The notes under the pieces are model-generated. The model had not been told where the DNA came from. It did no database searches and was given only the letters and a program-made list of their open reading frames with translations. This document shows positions 20,586 to 29,968 of a DNA stretch of 64,000 bases, one piece after another (the stretch's first letter is position 1; each line of letters starts with the position of its first letter). Position numbers and translations under genes: made by a program. This DNA comes from a virus. The stretch spans positions 9,441 to 73,440 of the IMG/VR virus record IMGVR_UViG_3300023179_000085; one strand, 5' to 3'.

Positions 20586-21479
20586 ATGTCTTCAATTTTA
20601 GTAAATGACGCAGTTCGATTTAGGGTCAAATTCGTAGATATTGATTCTGGCGGTAATCAGATAGAGGTTTCCCCAGTCTCAGTGCTTTTTAAACTATACG
20701 ATTCTAATAATAATTTGATTTTATCGGATAGCAATCTTGAGTCTATATCAACTTCGGAGTTTTATTATGAATATACTTTTGCAAATGCAGGTACTTATAA
20801 AATAACATTTATAGGGACTTTAGAAGATAATAGATCCATAACTGTAAATCAACAGGTATACGTTAGTACGCCAGATGAAGACTATAATCCAACTATCTTT
20901 CTTAGGGAAGATGAGGTTATTGCGTTTGCTCCGGATATTCACCCTCTATATGTAGACCCAGAAGAGTTAATTCCTTACTTCCCTGATGCACCCCTCTTGG
21001 AAATAGGGGAATTTATTCATATTTATTCTTTAGAAATAAAACAAATTTTTTCTTTACTTGATGACGATGATGGAAGCAATCTTTCATTTACTGCTTTGGA
21101 GTATATAAAGGCCGCAACTGCATGTGAGCTTTCCAGGGTTTATGGAGGTGGGGGAGATGATGAGCTGTCCGTTAGACTTGGTGATCTTTCTATCACAAAT
21201 AGAAACCTACCTAGGTCAACTCTAACTAGAGCTAATGCAACCACATGGTGCCAGATAGCTGCTACGTTAAGAAAAGAAATATTAGCACAAAAAGTCAGCG
21301 CAAGGGCAATACAACCAAAAGGACTGCCCACAATGCCTACCGTCAGTTCTGGCAGAGCTGTTGATCCGTATACTGGGTCAACAATTTATTTGTCAGACAA
21401 AGATATATATGGACCCGGCGCAATCATAACCCCGAAAGAAAATCCGATTCCCGAACGAGGCTTAAGGAAGCATGATTGA
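20586..21479 (+). CDS. Putative neck / head-tail connector protein with an N-terminal Ig-like domain
   Basis: Ig-like N-terminus (YEYTFANAGTYKITF); SVRLGDLSIT motif of head-tail adaptors; position before the sheath genes. Confidence 0.5.
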   Translation: MSSILVNDAVRFRVKFVDIDSGGNQIEVSPVSVLFKLYDSNNNLILSDSNLESISTSEFYYEYTFANAGTYKITFIGTLEDNRSITVNQQVYVSTPDEDYNPTIFLREDEVIAFAPDIHPLYVDPEELIPYFPDAPLLEIGEFIHIYSLEIKQIFSLLDDDDGSNLSFTALEYIKAATACELSRVYGGGGDDELSVRLGDLSITNRNLPRSTLTRANATTWCQIAATLRKEILAQKVSARAIQPKGLPTMPTVSSGRAVDPYTGSTIYLSDKDIYGPGAIITPKENPIPERGLRKHD

Positions 21480-21849
21480 TCCTAAAAAAACATTAAAAAA
21501 TATTCTCAAACAATGGGGTCATAATATTTTAATGCAAAGACTGATGGATCCCCAGCAGATGAAGTATGAGTCAAGACTTCAAAGATACACAACACGCTGT
21601 TATTACCCGGGTTCAAGCGGATTTGCAAACGCAATGCAGGAAAAAACGCAGGGTCTTACAGTGTCTTCAGAGGTAGTATATTATTTCCAAGATTTTGTAA
21701 ATCCAAAATCAGGAGATAGAATTTATGAAGAACTGCCAACTGGAAATGAAATATTCAAAATAGATTTTGCTGCTCCGGTACGAGGTAGGGGCGGCAAAAT
21801 AGTTTATTGGATAGCCGGAGCTACAAGAGAAGAGGTCAACAATGCTTAA
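21472..21849 (+). CDS. Putative head-closure / head-tail adaptor protein
   Basis: Small beta protein, ILKQWGHNILMQR...PKSGDRIYE...RGRGGKIVYW; synteny. Confidence 0.5.
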   Translation: MIDPKKTLKNILKQWGHNILMQRLMDPQQMKYESRLQRYTTRCYYPGSSGFANAMQEKTQGLTVSSEVVYYFQDFVNPKSGDRIYEELPTGNEIFKIDFAAPVRGRGGKIVYWIAGATREEVNNA

Positions 21850-23911
21850 AGCAGCCGGTGGTCAAACAATAAATTTTAGATTTGGTTTTATTTTTAATGG
21901 TTCTTATTTTGACCCAATTTCTGAATCTACCCCTGTTGATGTTTTGGCTTCAGTTGTTCGTGGAGAAACCGGTTCTGGGAATATTGTTCAGTCGACCGTC
22001 TCCATGCTGAATAGCAGTTACAAAATAGACAGCATTATTCTTCCGGGATCTGTTGTTGATGGTTATGTAACTTTAACTTTTTCATTTGACGAAACTCAAT
22101 ACCTATCTATTGGTGATCAAGTTTATGTATATGGAGTCAGTTCTTCTTGTGATGGTGATTATGAAGTTGTTTCCATAGTTGACGATAATACAATAACGGC
22201 AAAGAAAAAAGCATCTTCCATTCCAAGCGTAGGCTCTTTAAGTATATCCAGATTAACTTTAAAAAATTCCGCATTCTTTAAAAGAGTTTCTTCTTCGGAA
22301 TACCAATTCACCTATACGATACCTGAAGAGCTGCATAGTGGAATATATACAGTTGTTATTCAAACAACATATGCCGGAAGAAATCAAGTAGTTGAACATT
22401 TTTTTGAAGCGATTAATAAAAGCTACACCAAAACTGGAAATATTATTTCTAAAAAACTAGAAAATAATATAGCGACAATTAAAACTGAAGAAAATCATTT
22501 TATAAATTCTGGAGAATTTGTTGTAATACAAGAAACTGATAATTTATTAAATGGCACATACGAAGTTGTAGAAGTCCCATCTTCGGACACATTTCAGTTT
22601 AGACATGCAAGTACGCAAACAATAGCAGAGACATCTGTTTTTGGTAAATATTTAGTAAAAAATATAACTGGTACAAGCAACCAATTATCTGGTCCAACTA
22701 CTGGATCTTCTGTTTCTTTTAGGCCGATATATAGCGATCTTGATGAGTCAAGCACGAACGCTATACTGCTTGTTGGCCACGCTGATGGAATAGAGTTAAA
22801 TGAAATATATAGGGTTTCTTCAATACAAGAAGCAATAAATTTACTCGGAGCCGACATGCAGTCGCCTTTGCTGAGGGGCGTTTTTGATGCTTATAGTTGC
22901 GGAGCGCAAAGTATGTATGTATTAGCAGCTGCCCCTATGTCTGAGTATATAGAGGATATATCCAAAAGGCTTACAGTAATGCCACATCTAGTGTCCTCAG
23001 TTAGTGGTGTTCCTGTAAATTTTTACCAAAAATATTATGAAAGACTTTCCGATTCTTATAATGTAATTAAAGGATACGATTTAATGGATATTATTGTTCC
23101 GTTAGAAACTTCTATTGTTAATACTGGCTCCGTAAATTTCATTTCTCAGTTAGCACTGCACTGCTATAACTTCCACGAAGCAACTGGCTATGTTCAGCTT
23201 GGTGTAATTGGTTCTAGATCTGGTGGAGTAAAGGAATCAGATATCGATATACTTGAAGCAAATCCTATTTTTCAAAATAAACTAACTACTTATTCTGTAG
23301 ACGGTCAAATCGAATCGGATATTGGTAGATATATCATTCCAGTATACGGTGAGCTTAATTTTAGTCATTCTGGATTCAATAGGTCTTATAGTAGTTCTGC
23401 AGCTGCTGCATTTGCTGGTGCGATGTCGTCAACGCCAGTGTATATGGGAATGATCAGAAGGCGTTTACCTGGAGCTATGTCAGTTTTTGGTTCAGATCTT
23501 TCTCGTTCAGCTCACGCTAGATTGGATAATATGGGAATAAATGTTGTATATAGAACAAGAAAAGCCACAAGAGGTTATCCATACGAAGTTGCAGTTTCAA
23601 ATGACTCTACAATGGCTAATCAATCAAGCACTTTATCAAAAGCACCACAAATGAGATTGGTTGCTATGGTGATAAATGAAATAAAAAATATATCTAATGA
23701 TGGTGTTGGAAAAAACGCAGAAGAAAAAGTAAAAAATCAAGTAAAAAACATGTTAGAATTACTTGTTTCTTCAAGGGTAATAAAAAGCTATTCAATGCAA
23801 GCCTACGCATCGAAGGTTGAAAGAGGATTCCTAATATTTGAATTAAATTTGGTATCTTCTCTTGGCTTAAAAAATATTAACTTTTCAGTAACAACGGGCC
23901 CAGGAGTATAG
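21842..23911 (+). CDS. Tail sheath-like protein with extra N-terminal beta domains
   Basis: The C-terminal half parallels the sheath at 24835 (EAINLLG..SPLLRG; LDNMGINVV; QMRLVAMVINEI; LIFELNL). Confidence 0.6.
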   Translation: MLKAAGGQTINFRFGFIFNGSYFDPISESTPVDVLASVVRGETGSGNIVQSTVSMLNSSYKIDSIILPGSVVDGYVTLTFSFDETQYLSIGDQVYVYGVSSSCDGDYEVVSIVDDNTITAKKKASSIPSVGSLSISRLTLKNSAFFKRVSSSEYQFTYTIPEELHSGIYTVVIQTTYAGRNQVVEHFFEAINKSYTKTGNIISKKLENNIATIKTEENHFINSGEFVVIQETDNLLNGTYEVVEVPSSDTFQFRHASTQTIAETSVFGKYLVKNITGTSNQLSGPTTGSSVSFRPIYSDLDESSTNAILLVGHADGIELNEIYRVSSIQEAINLLGADMQSPLLRGVFDAYSCGAQSMYVLAAAPMSEYIEDISKRLTVMPHLVSSVSGVPVNFYQKYYERLSDSYNVIKGYDLMDIIVPLETSIVNTGSVNFISQLALHCYNFHEATGYVQLGVIGSRSGGVKESDIDILEANPIFQNKLTTYSVDGQIESDIGRYIIPVYGELNFSHSGFNRSYSSSAAAAFAGAMSSTPVYMGMIRRRLPGAMSVFGSDLSRSAHARLDNMGINVVYRTRKATRGYPYEVAVSNDSTMANQSSTLSKAPQMRLVAMVINEIKNISNDGVGKNAEEKVKNQVKNMLELLVSSRVIKSYSMQAYASKVERGFLIFELNLVSSLGLKNINFSVTTGPGV

Positions 23912-23912
23912 T

Positions 23913-24719
23913 ATGCAATCTTCTTTTCCTTTTCCAGGCAGAATTGATGATGATCTAAGCGCATTTTCAACTAGACAAAATCAAATGAATGATTTTGATA
24001 GAACTAAGGTAACTAAGCCCGAACAGTATCACAACACAGATGCTAGAAGAATGAAGGCTGATGGTAATCTTAGCTATCTTGAGTTTATACAAGTTGTTAA
24101 ACTTCTCTGGGAAAACTCTTACCCAGACATACCCGTTGTTGCAACTTTTGGTGGAACATTTGCACAGTACCCGTGCATAGCTTATGGCATTGAGCTTAAA
24201 AGAGCCCATAACCAAGAACCAAAAATGCGCTATAGAGATAAAGCATTGGGTGATGATGGAAAGTATTATATTATAGAAGGACAAAGATTTCAGAACGTTG
24301 TTTCATTTACTGTTATAGTCCAAGCAGATGCTGCCAAGCTGGAAGGCGATTCTTCAAGGTATGCTGGCGCCGAAGTAGCAGATAGAATAATGGAAAGATT
24401 TGAAGATTTCATGTTGGAGTATACACCTATATTTAAAAAATTAGGAGCTTCAGAATTTGTATACGCAAGAAGGGTATCTGATACGGAAACAAATATGGAT
24501 CAAACAGATGTTATTAAAAGAACTGTTTTATACTTATTGACCACAGAAAAGCTGTCAGTTACACCAGTAGATATAGTAGACAAGATTGCATTTGACGTAA
24601 GACAATATATAGCCTCTCAGCCAGCTACCCCGATTTATGATTATAACAGAACTGTATACAAAGACCATCACGAGACTAATATTGTGGACTTATTTCAATC
24701 CGCAACGCCAGATTGCTAA
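23913..24719 (+). CDS. Putative tail terminator / completion protein
   Basis: GQRFQNVVSFTV..ADRIMERFEDFMLEYTPIFKKLG; position immediately before the sheath. Confidence 0.5.
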   Translation: MQSSFPFPGRIDDDLSAFSTRQNQMNDFDRTKVTKPEQYHNTDARRMKADGNLSYLEFIQVVKLLWENSYPDIPVVATFGGTFAQYPCIAYGIELKRAHNQEPKMRYRDKALGDDGKYYIIEGQRFQNVVSFTVIVQADAAKLEGDSSRYAGAEVADRIMERFEDFMLEYTPIFKKLGASEFVYARRVSDTETNMDQTDVIKRTVLYLLTTEKLSVTPVDIVDKIAFDVRQYIASQPATPIYDYNRTVYKDHHETNIVDLFQSATPDC

Positions 24720-24781
24720 TATTTTAAATATATAATTTAAGTGTTCAGAAATAAAATGTAGTTGGTTTTTATAGGTTAATC

Positions 24782-24790
24782 ATTACTATA
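24782..24790 (+). promoter_or_regulatory. Putative late-promoter motif ATTACTATA
   Basis: Intergenic, upstream of the GGAGG RBS of the sheath gene. Confidence 0.5.
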
Positions 24791-24834
24791 TGTTCTGAGT
24801 TATAAAAGAGTCCATACTCGGAGGTCGAAAATCC

Positions 24835-26064
24835 ATGGCACTACCAGGCGTAAAAACAATTATTAAAGATCGCTTTTACAGCATTTCTCGTCAAGACAGC
24901 CCAGTGGGCCCAAGAATCGTTGTAATCGCCAAAAGAGATACAGATGATGGCGAGGGTAACGTAGCTGACCTAGACGTCGTTTTGTGCACAAATGAAGCCG
25001 ATGTTATCACAGCATTCGGTGAAGATTCGCACTGCCACAGAGCTTATTTTGAGCTTGTTGCCGGTGGCGCAGAAAGAATCTACATGGTTCCACTCCCAAG
25101 TGACACCACATGGAACCACACAACTGGTAGCGTTACTAGCACAAGTTTCGGCGGTAGCGTTCTCGATGCAGCTTTTGCCGCAGCAGAAGCAGCACAGCCA
25201 GACATCATCGTTCCTTGGGGAAGAGGCGGAGCTTCAGAAGAGTGGGCATCAACACCATCTAGCCCAGACTTCGGATTCTACGCAAACAACAGTTCAACGG
25301 CAGCAAATAGCTGGGTCTATAAAATTTCAAATCTCGTAAAGTCGATTAACGAGAACTCGCACCCATGCTTTGCGGTCCTTGGAGTTAAGCCATACACTGG
25401 ATCAAATGAAGTAATGACGCCAGGACAAGTATCTACTCACCTTGCATTAGGCACACTCGCTGATCGCGATGGTGACGCAACCCTTAAGGAAATTGGTCGT
25501 CACTCAATGGTCGTTGCAGCAGAGCTTAAGCCTTCTGCTTATCCAGCAGAGTGGGGCTATTCAAACGGAGCATGTGCAACAGCAGCAGCCCTTAGCAGAA
25601 TGGCTTCTTATGTATCTACAATTAACAAGAACGTCTATAACGTAGCATCATTGAGATACAACCCAACAAAGACCGCTCTTGCAGCTCTTTCGAATAAGGG
25701 TGTAAACTCAATTACACTTAACTTCAATAGAGCACCAATATTCTCAGACGGTATTACATTTGCAGGTTCTGCATCTGACTACACAAGATTAACAACTCTA
25801 AGAATTATCAACGAAGCTACTCTTGTTGTTCGTCAAAGCTGCCAGAAGTATATTGGTCAGCCTTCTACGATTCAAGTCAGAAACTCAATGGAAACATCCG
25901 TAACCTCAGCCCTAAGAGGCATGCAGATGTTGGGCGCTATACTTGATAGCGATTTCAATATCAAGTACATTGCAGCTGAAAACAAGGCTTTGATTGACCT
26001 TGTGTTGACACCAGCATTTGAACTCAGAAATATTGATGTTCAAATCTCGGTTGACCTTGGCTAA
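24835..26064 (+). CDS. Major tail sheath protein
   Basis: N-terminal LPGV; C-terminal YTRLTTLRI...KYIGQP...IDLVLTPAFELRNIDVQISV sheath motif; strong RBS. Confidence 0.85.
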   Translation: MALPGVKTIIKDRFYSISRQDSPVGPRIVVIAKRDTDDGEGNVADLDVVLCTNEADVITAFGEDSHCHRAYFELVAGGAERIYMVPLPSDTTWNHTTGSVTSTSFGGSVLDAAFAAAEAAQPDIIVPWGRGGASEEWASTPSSPDFGFYANNSSTAANSWVYKISNLVKSINENSHPCFAVLGVKPYTGSNEVMTPGQVSTHLALGTLADRDGDATLKEIGRHSMVVAAELKPSAYPAEWGYSNGACATAAALSRMASYVSTINKNVYNVASLRYNPTKTALAALSNKGVNSITLNFNRAPIFSDGITFAGSASDYTRLTTLRIINEATLVVRQSCQKYIGQPSTIQVRNSMETSVTSALRGMQMLGAILDSDFNIKYIAAENKALIDLVLTPAFELRNIDVQISVDLG

Positions 26065-26123
26065 TCAAATAAATAAATAAAAAACACACACACTGCACTT
26101 TATAAGTACCGATTGGAGGGTAT

Positions 26124-26813
26124 ATGGCAGGCGAATACTATGATAGCCCAGTAAACAAGTATCTTAACACATACACAACGTTTTCTGGTGCAGATATTGT
26201 TGCCACTTTTGGTGGCGTAGAAATTGGTGCACTTTCTGGAATTACTTTTTCAGTAACAAGAGAAAAGGCTCCAATTTACACAATGGGCTCACCCAACCCA
26301 CGTTCTTTTTCAAGAGGTAAAAGAGGAATAGCTGGATCATTGATCTTTACAGTCTTTGATCGCCCAGCTCTTTACCAGATGCTTGAAACACACCATAATA
26401 CATCAACTGAGATGAAGTTCTTTACAAGAGCTCACAATACTCTTCCTGGCGATCCTTCGCACAAGAGAGGAATTGCAGAGTTCACATCTCAAACAAGAGA
26501 TGTTGTGACTAAGACGCCTTATTATGCAGACCAGATTCCGCCATTTGATATCACAATTACATTTGTGAACGAATACGGTCAGGCTGCAGTCCGTTCAATA
26601 TATGGAGTTGAGCTTCTGAACGAAGGTTCAGGTGCATCAATGGATGACATCGTAATTGAAGAAACGATGACATATGTTGCTCGTGAAATAGGCCCAATGT
26701 ACAGAATTACGACTGATCAAATCGACAGATTTAACCAAGATGATCTTGGTTCGCTGATTAGCAAAGATGCTGTTAGCGCTAGCGGATTGAACTCTGCAAT
26801 TATCAGACCGTAA
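26124..26813 (+). CDS. Major tail tube protein
   Basis: TFSGADIVATF..ITFSVTREKAPIYTMG..RSFSRGKRGIAGSLIF..DQIPPFDITITF; follows the sheath; GGAGG RBS. Confidence 0.8.
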   Translation: MAGEYYDSPVNKYLNTYTTFSGADIVATFGGVEIGALSGITFSVTREKAPIYTMGSPNPRSFSRGKRGIAGSLIFTVFDRPALYQMLETHHNTSTEMKFFTRAHNTLPGDPSHKRGIAEFTSQTRDVVTKTPYYADQIPPFDITITFVNEYGQAAVRSIYGVELLNEGSGASMDDIVIEETMTYVAREIGPMYRITTDQIDRFNQDDLGSLISKDAVSASGLNSAIIRP

Positions 26814-26833
26814 TTTAAATACATTTTAAGCTG

Positions 26834-26886
26834 TTAGTCGGTGGTGGAGAAACGGGGAAGCTCTCTGCCGCCGACTAATACTTTTA
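26834..26886 (+). terminator. Long RNA hairpin (terminator or processing site) after the tail tube gene
   Basis: 26834-26850 pairs with 26862-26878 (17 bp including 3 G-U pairs, 11-nt loop), followed by TACTTTT. Confidence 0.7.
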
Positions 26887-26898
26887 TAAAGAGGAAAT

Positions 26899-27660
26899 AT
26901 GCCTTTTGAAAACGAAGAAACAAAAGATATTGCGAGTCTTACAACAATTTCCTCTAGAAAAAACAGAGTTGCTAACTACCAAGACTCAATAAAAGAATTT
27001 AGAAAAAACAACTTTCTTCCTGATCCGTTTTCGGACATGTCGTTTTCTGGTGCCGACATTCATGCAACGATGGTCATACCAAAAATTGGAGAAGATGGCT
27101 TTTTAACTAATCAAGGCGATGTATTAGAGCTTGCCGAACTCCAAACAATATCGTACTCAATGCACAGGGAAAATTCTCCCGTAAGAACACTAGGTCATGT
27201 TAATCCAAGAGGGTTTGTTAAGGGCGCTAGAACAATTGCTGGAAGTATGATTTTTACTCAGTTTAATGAGTACGCATTCTATAGAATAGATGCATACAGG
27301 CAATTGTTAGCAGATACAAAGGGCTTTTACGCTCCGCTTGCTGACATGCTTCCGCCATTTGATGTTGTTTTTACAATGTTTAACGAATACGGTTTAGCTG
27401 CTAAAATGAAGATATTTGGAATCACAGTAGTTGACGAAGGTGCTACAATGTCAATTGACGACTTAATCACTGAGCAAACATACACTTACATGGCAAGAGG
27501 AATACAGCCCCTATTACACTTGGATACAACAAACGATGATCTTAGGTACCCAGAAGGATATCAAGCTCAAAAAGACGAGAGATTAAGAATAAGCACCAAT
27601 GCCTTTGGCGACAGGGTTCAAGATTACAAAAATTTTATAGAAAAAATATATCAACCATAA
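26899..27660 (+). CDS. Tail tube paralog (tube initiator / hub-type)
   Basis: SFSGADI..LQTISYSMHRE..RGFVKGARTIAGSMIF..DMLPPFDV; paralogous to 26124. Confidence 0.7.
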   Translation: MPFENEETKDIASLTTISSRKNRVANYQDSIKEFRKNNFLPDPFSDMSFSGADIHATMVIPKIGEDGFLTNQGDVLELAELQTISYSMHRENSPVRTLGHVNPRGFVKGARTIAGSMIFTQFNEYAFYRIDAYRQLLADTKGFYAPLADMLPPFDVVFTMFNEYGLAAKMKIFGITVVDEGATMSIDDLITEQTYTYMARGIQPLLHLDTTNDDLRYPEGYQAQKDERLRISTNAFGDRVQDYKNFIEKIYQP

Positions 27661-27669
27661 AGGTAGTTT

Positions 27670-28698
27670 ATGACTGGAGTTTATAAAACAAATCCCTACA
27701 AGCCATTTACTGGTTATATTCCATATGAGGAAACTGTATCCAATAGACCAGGAATTAGGAATCTGGATGGAACATTTGATCCGCTAACAGCAGATTTGGA
27801 TTTATATTGGGCTGGAAGCTCTAAGGCCGATCCTAGATTTAGTAATTATTATGATTACTTTTTTTCTGGTGAAGACGTAAAAGTTTTCATTGACGGTTTA
27901 TTTGACGAAGGTGATGAGCTAGATATAGCTGGTTTTGGATTTTTAATTAAACAAGAAAAGCAAGCCGTTTATGGTTTTTGGTCCTATAATTTTGATGCCA
28001 TTATGAATGGTACAAGAATTATTACAGGGCAGTTTTCTGTTTATTCTAGATATCCAAGAAGAATGACCGAGCTTTTGGAAAAAGCCGCTGAGGCTAGAGT
28101 GCAATCTATTTCTGGCAAAAAAGATGGATCAGGAGTTGTTTCTGTCATGAGGTCACAAAATGAATCTCGTAAAGATGAAGAAAATATACAAAAATATTGG
28201 GCTAATAGTCAACTTGATAGAATTACAACCGACCCAGCAATAACTGCGGGTTCTGCTGGTGGAACACATAATATCTTCAGTGCCCACCCGCCATTTAATT
28301 TTGTTATTATGTACGGTGTTGATGATACTAGTCTTTCTCCAATAACTGGCTCAAGCAATAAATCAACCGCAGCAGTGGAGCAAAGAGATAATTTAGACAG
28401 GTTGATATCAACAGATATTAATGAAAGAAAAATTAAATTATCTGGAGTAGGTAACGCAATGAAAATTGTTTTACAAAACGTTCATTTAATGCAAATGTCA
28501 ACAGAATACCAAAGTGGGGGCGCTCCACTTATAGAAACATATTCATTTGTAGCAAGAGATTTTTATTTTACAGAAGCCGGAACTAATCTCGATCCATACA
28601 CTGGGAATAAGACATTTGTTGCTCAAAATTCAAAATATTATGATAATACTATTAAAATTCAACCACCAAGGAATAGCAATATAGCTTATAAGTCATAG
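27670..28698 (+). CDS. Tail tube paralog
   Basis: YFFSGEDVKVFI..KQAVYGFWSYNFD..GTRIITGQF..ETYSFVARD. Confidence 0.65.
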   Translation: MTGVYKTNPYKPFTGYIPYEETVSNRPGIRNLDGTFDPLTADLDLYWAGSSKADPRFSNYYDYFFSGEDVKVFIDGLFDEGDELDIAGFGFLIKQEKQAVYGFWSYNFDAIMNGTRIITGQFSVYSRYPRRMTELLEKAAEARVQSISGKKDGSGVVSVMRSQNESRKDEENIQKYWANSQLDRITTDPAITAGSAGGTHNIFSAHPPFNFVIMYGVDDTSLSPITGSSNKSTAAVEQRDNLDRLISTDINERKIKLSGVGNAMKIVLQNVHLMQMSTEYQSGGAPLIETYSFVARDFYFTEAGTNLDPYTGNKTFVAQNSKYYDNTIKIQPPRNSNIAYKS

Positions 28699-28706
28699 AA
28701 TACTTG

Positions 28707-28715
28707 TGCTATAAT
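28707..28715 (+). promoter_or_regulatory. Extended -10 promoter (TGCTATAAT)
   Basis: Upstream of the AAGGAG RBS and ATG 28756. Confidence 0.55.
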
Positions 28716-28755
28716 ATATGTGATTTAAATCAAAACCCCCAAGGAGATAATAAAA

Positions 28756-29322
28756 ATGTCAGATGTTAAAAAAATTGTAGTGAGAAGAGACCAAAATCTA
28801 GCAAAAGATTTAGAAGCAGATACCGTTGATCTCATCATGGAAACAAACGAAGAGCAGGATTCGGATCTTATGGTAACCAATTATGAAGATCCAGAACCGA
28901 CACCAGCTGAAGGCGAGAAGTTATCTGATCCTTCTCAGGCAACAACTGTAGAAGATTTGGCTGATGACGTAGCAATTTTTGAAAATGGACCAACTGCAGG
29001 TCAGGTTAAGCAGTGGAAAAAGCAGTATGGAGAAGTGTATATAACTTCGATATCCTTTGATAAGCATATAGTCTGGAGAGTCCTTTCCAGAATAGAATAT
29101 AAGCAACTTGTAAAGAAAATGGAATCACTGATGCAAGCAGGCCAAATAAGTACGGCTGAAGCAAATATGTGGAACGAAGAAGCCATCGCAGAACTGTGCA
29201 TCCTGTATCCAGCTTACAATAAAGCAGCGCTTACCTCCGACATGGCCGGTCTTCCTTCTTTGATTTCGCAAGAAGTTCTAGAGGCATCTGGATTCGTAGC
29301 GCTAGAGGTTCGTCAGCTATAA
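28756..29322 (+). CDS. Putative tail assembly chaperone
   Basis: QWKKQYGEVY..IVWRVLSRIEYK..AGLPSLISQEVLEASGF; lies between the tubes and the tape measure. Confidence 0.65.
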   Translation: MSDVKKIVVRRDQNLAKDLEADTVDLIMETNEEQDSDLMVTNYEDPEPTPAEGEKLSDPSQATTVEDLADDVAIFENGPTAGQVKQWKKQYGEVYITSISFDKHIVWRVLSRIEYKQLVKKMESLMQAGQISTAEANMWNEEAIAELCILYPAYNKAALTSDMAGLPSLISQEVLEASGFVALEVRQL

Positions 29323-29323
29323 A

Positions 29324-29957
29324 ATGCTGGAAGAGTCAATTCTTAAGGAGCTTAAGCAAAAGTATTCCATTGTATTTAGCGTTCAGCTAAAGCGGAAAAA
29401 CTATTGTATTTAAAGAGTTAACTTTTTCCGAATTTGATAAAATTGGCGCCCTTAAAGATAATGGCGTATTTTCTTCTGCAGACGCTGAAGAAGAAATAGT
29501 AAAATATGCAGTAGTATATCCTAATGATTTTGATATTAATTCAATATCTCCTGGAGCCGTCAGTTCTTTGGCTGACCAAATAATAGAATTTTCTGGCTTT
29601 TCATCTCCTAAAAGAACAAAACAGATTCTAGACGAAAAAAGAAAGCAAGCTTCTCAAGTAAGAGGCTTAATGAAAGCGTTTGTTTTAGCTACTATATCTA
29701 GTGATACTCCAGAATTCTTGGACTCTTTAACGTATTCTCAGCTGGCTTCCAGAGTCGCATTAGCTGAAAAAATAATAGAGGTCCAGCAGGCAATGAGGGC
29801 AATAGAACCGACAAATGTAACTCTTCAAATAATAGATCCAGAGGAAGAATCAAATAAAGAAAAAGTTTCCGCAGCAAGACATGACGCCTCTAAGAGTGAA
29901 GGCGCAGCTGGATATAACGATCCTATTGCTCAGAAATTGTGGGGAATGAGACAGTAA
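29324..29957 (+). CDS. Second tail assembly chaperone-like protein (~210 aa) rebuilt across a CGG +1 site at 29393
   Basis: ATG 29324 ...CTA AAG CGG. Skipping C gives ELKQKYSIVFSVQLKGKTIVFKELTFSEF..PGAVSSLADQIIEFSGF, paralogous to the preceding chaperone and joining ORF 29568..29957. Confidence 0.75.
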
Positions 29958-29968
29958 AGAGGTAGACC

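Noticed and set aside
26834-26880. tRNA or suppressor tRNA
   Set aside because: It is a single hairpin with no cloverleaf or T-loop. I saw no tRNA gene in this window, so any recoding tRNA must lie elsewhere.
29324-29400. Classic lambda G/GT-type tail-chaperone frameshift
   Set aside because: The shift is +1 at CGG near the start of the second chaperone gene, has no X XXY YYZ slippery heptamer, and is identical in form to the other sites.
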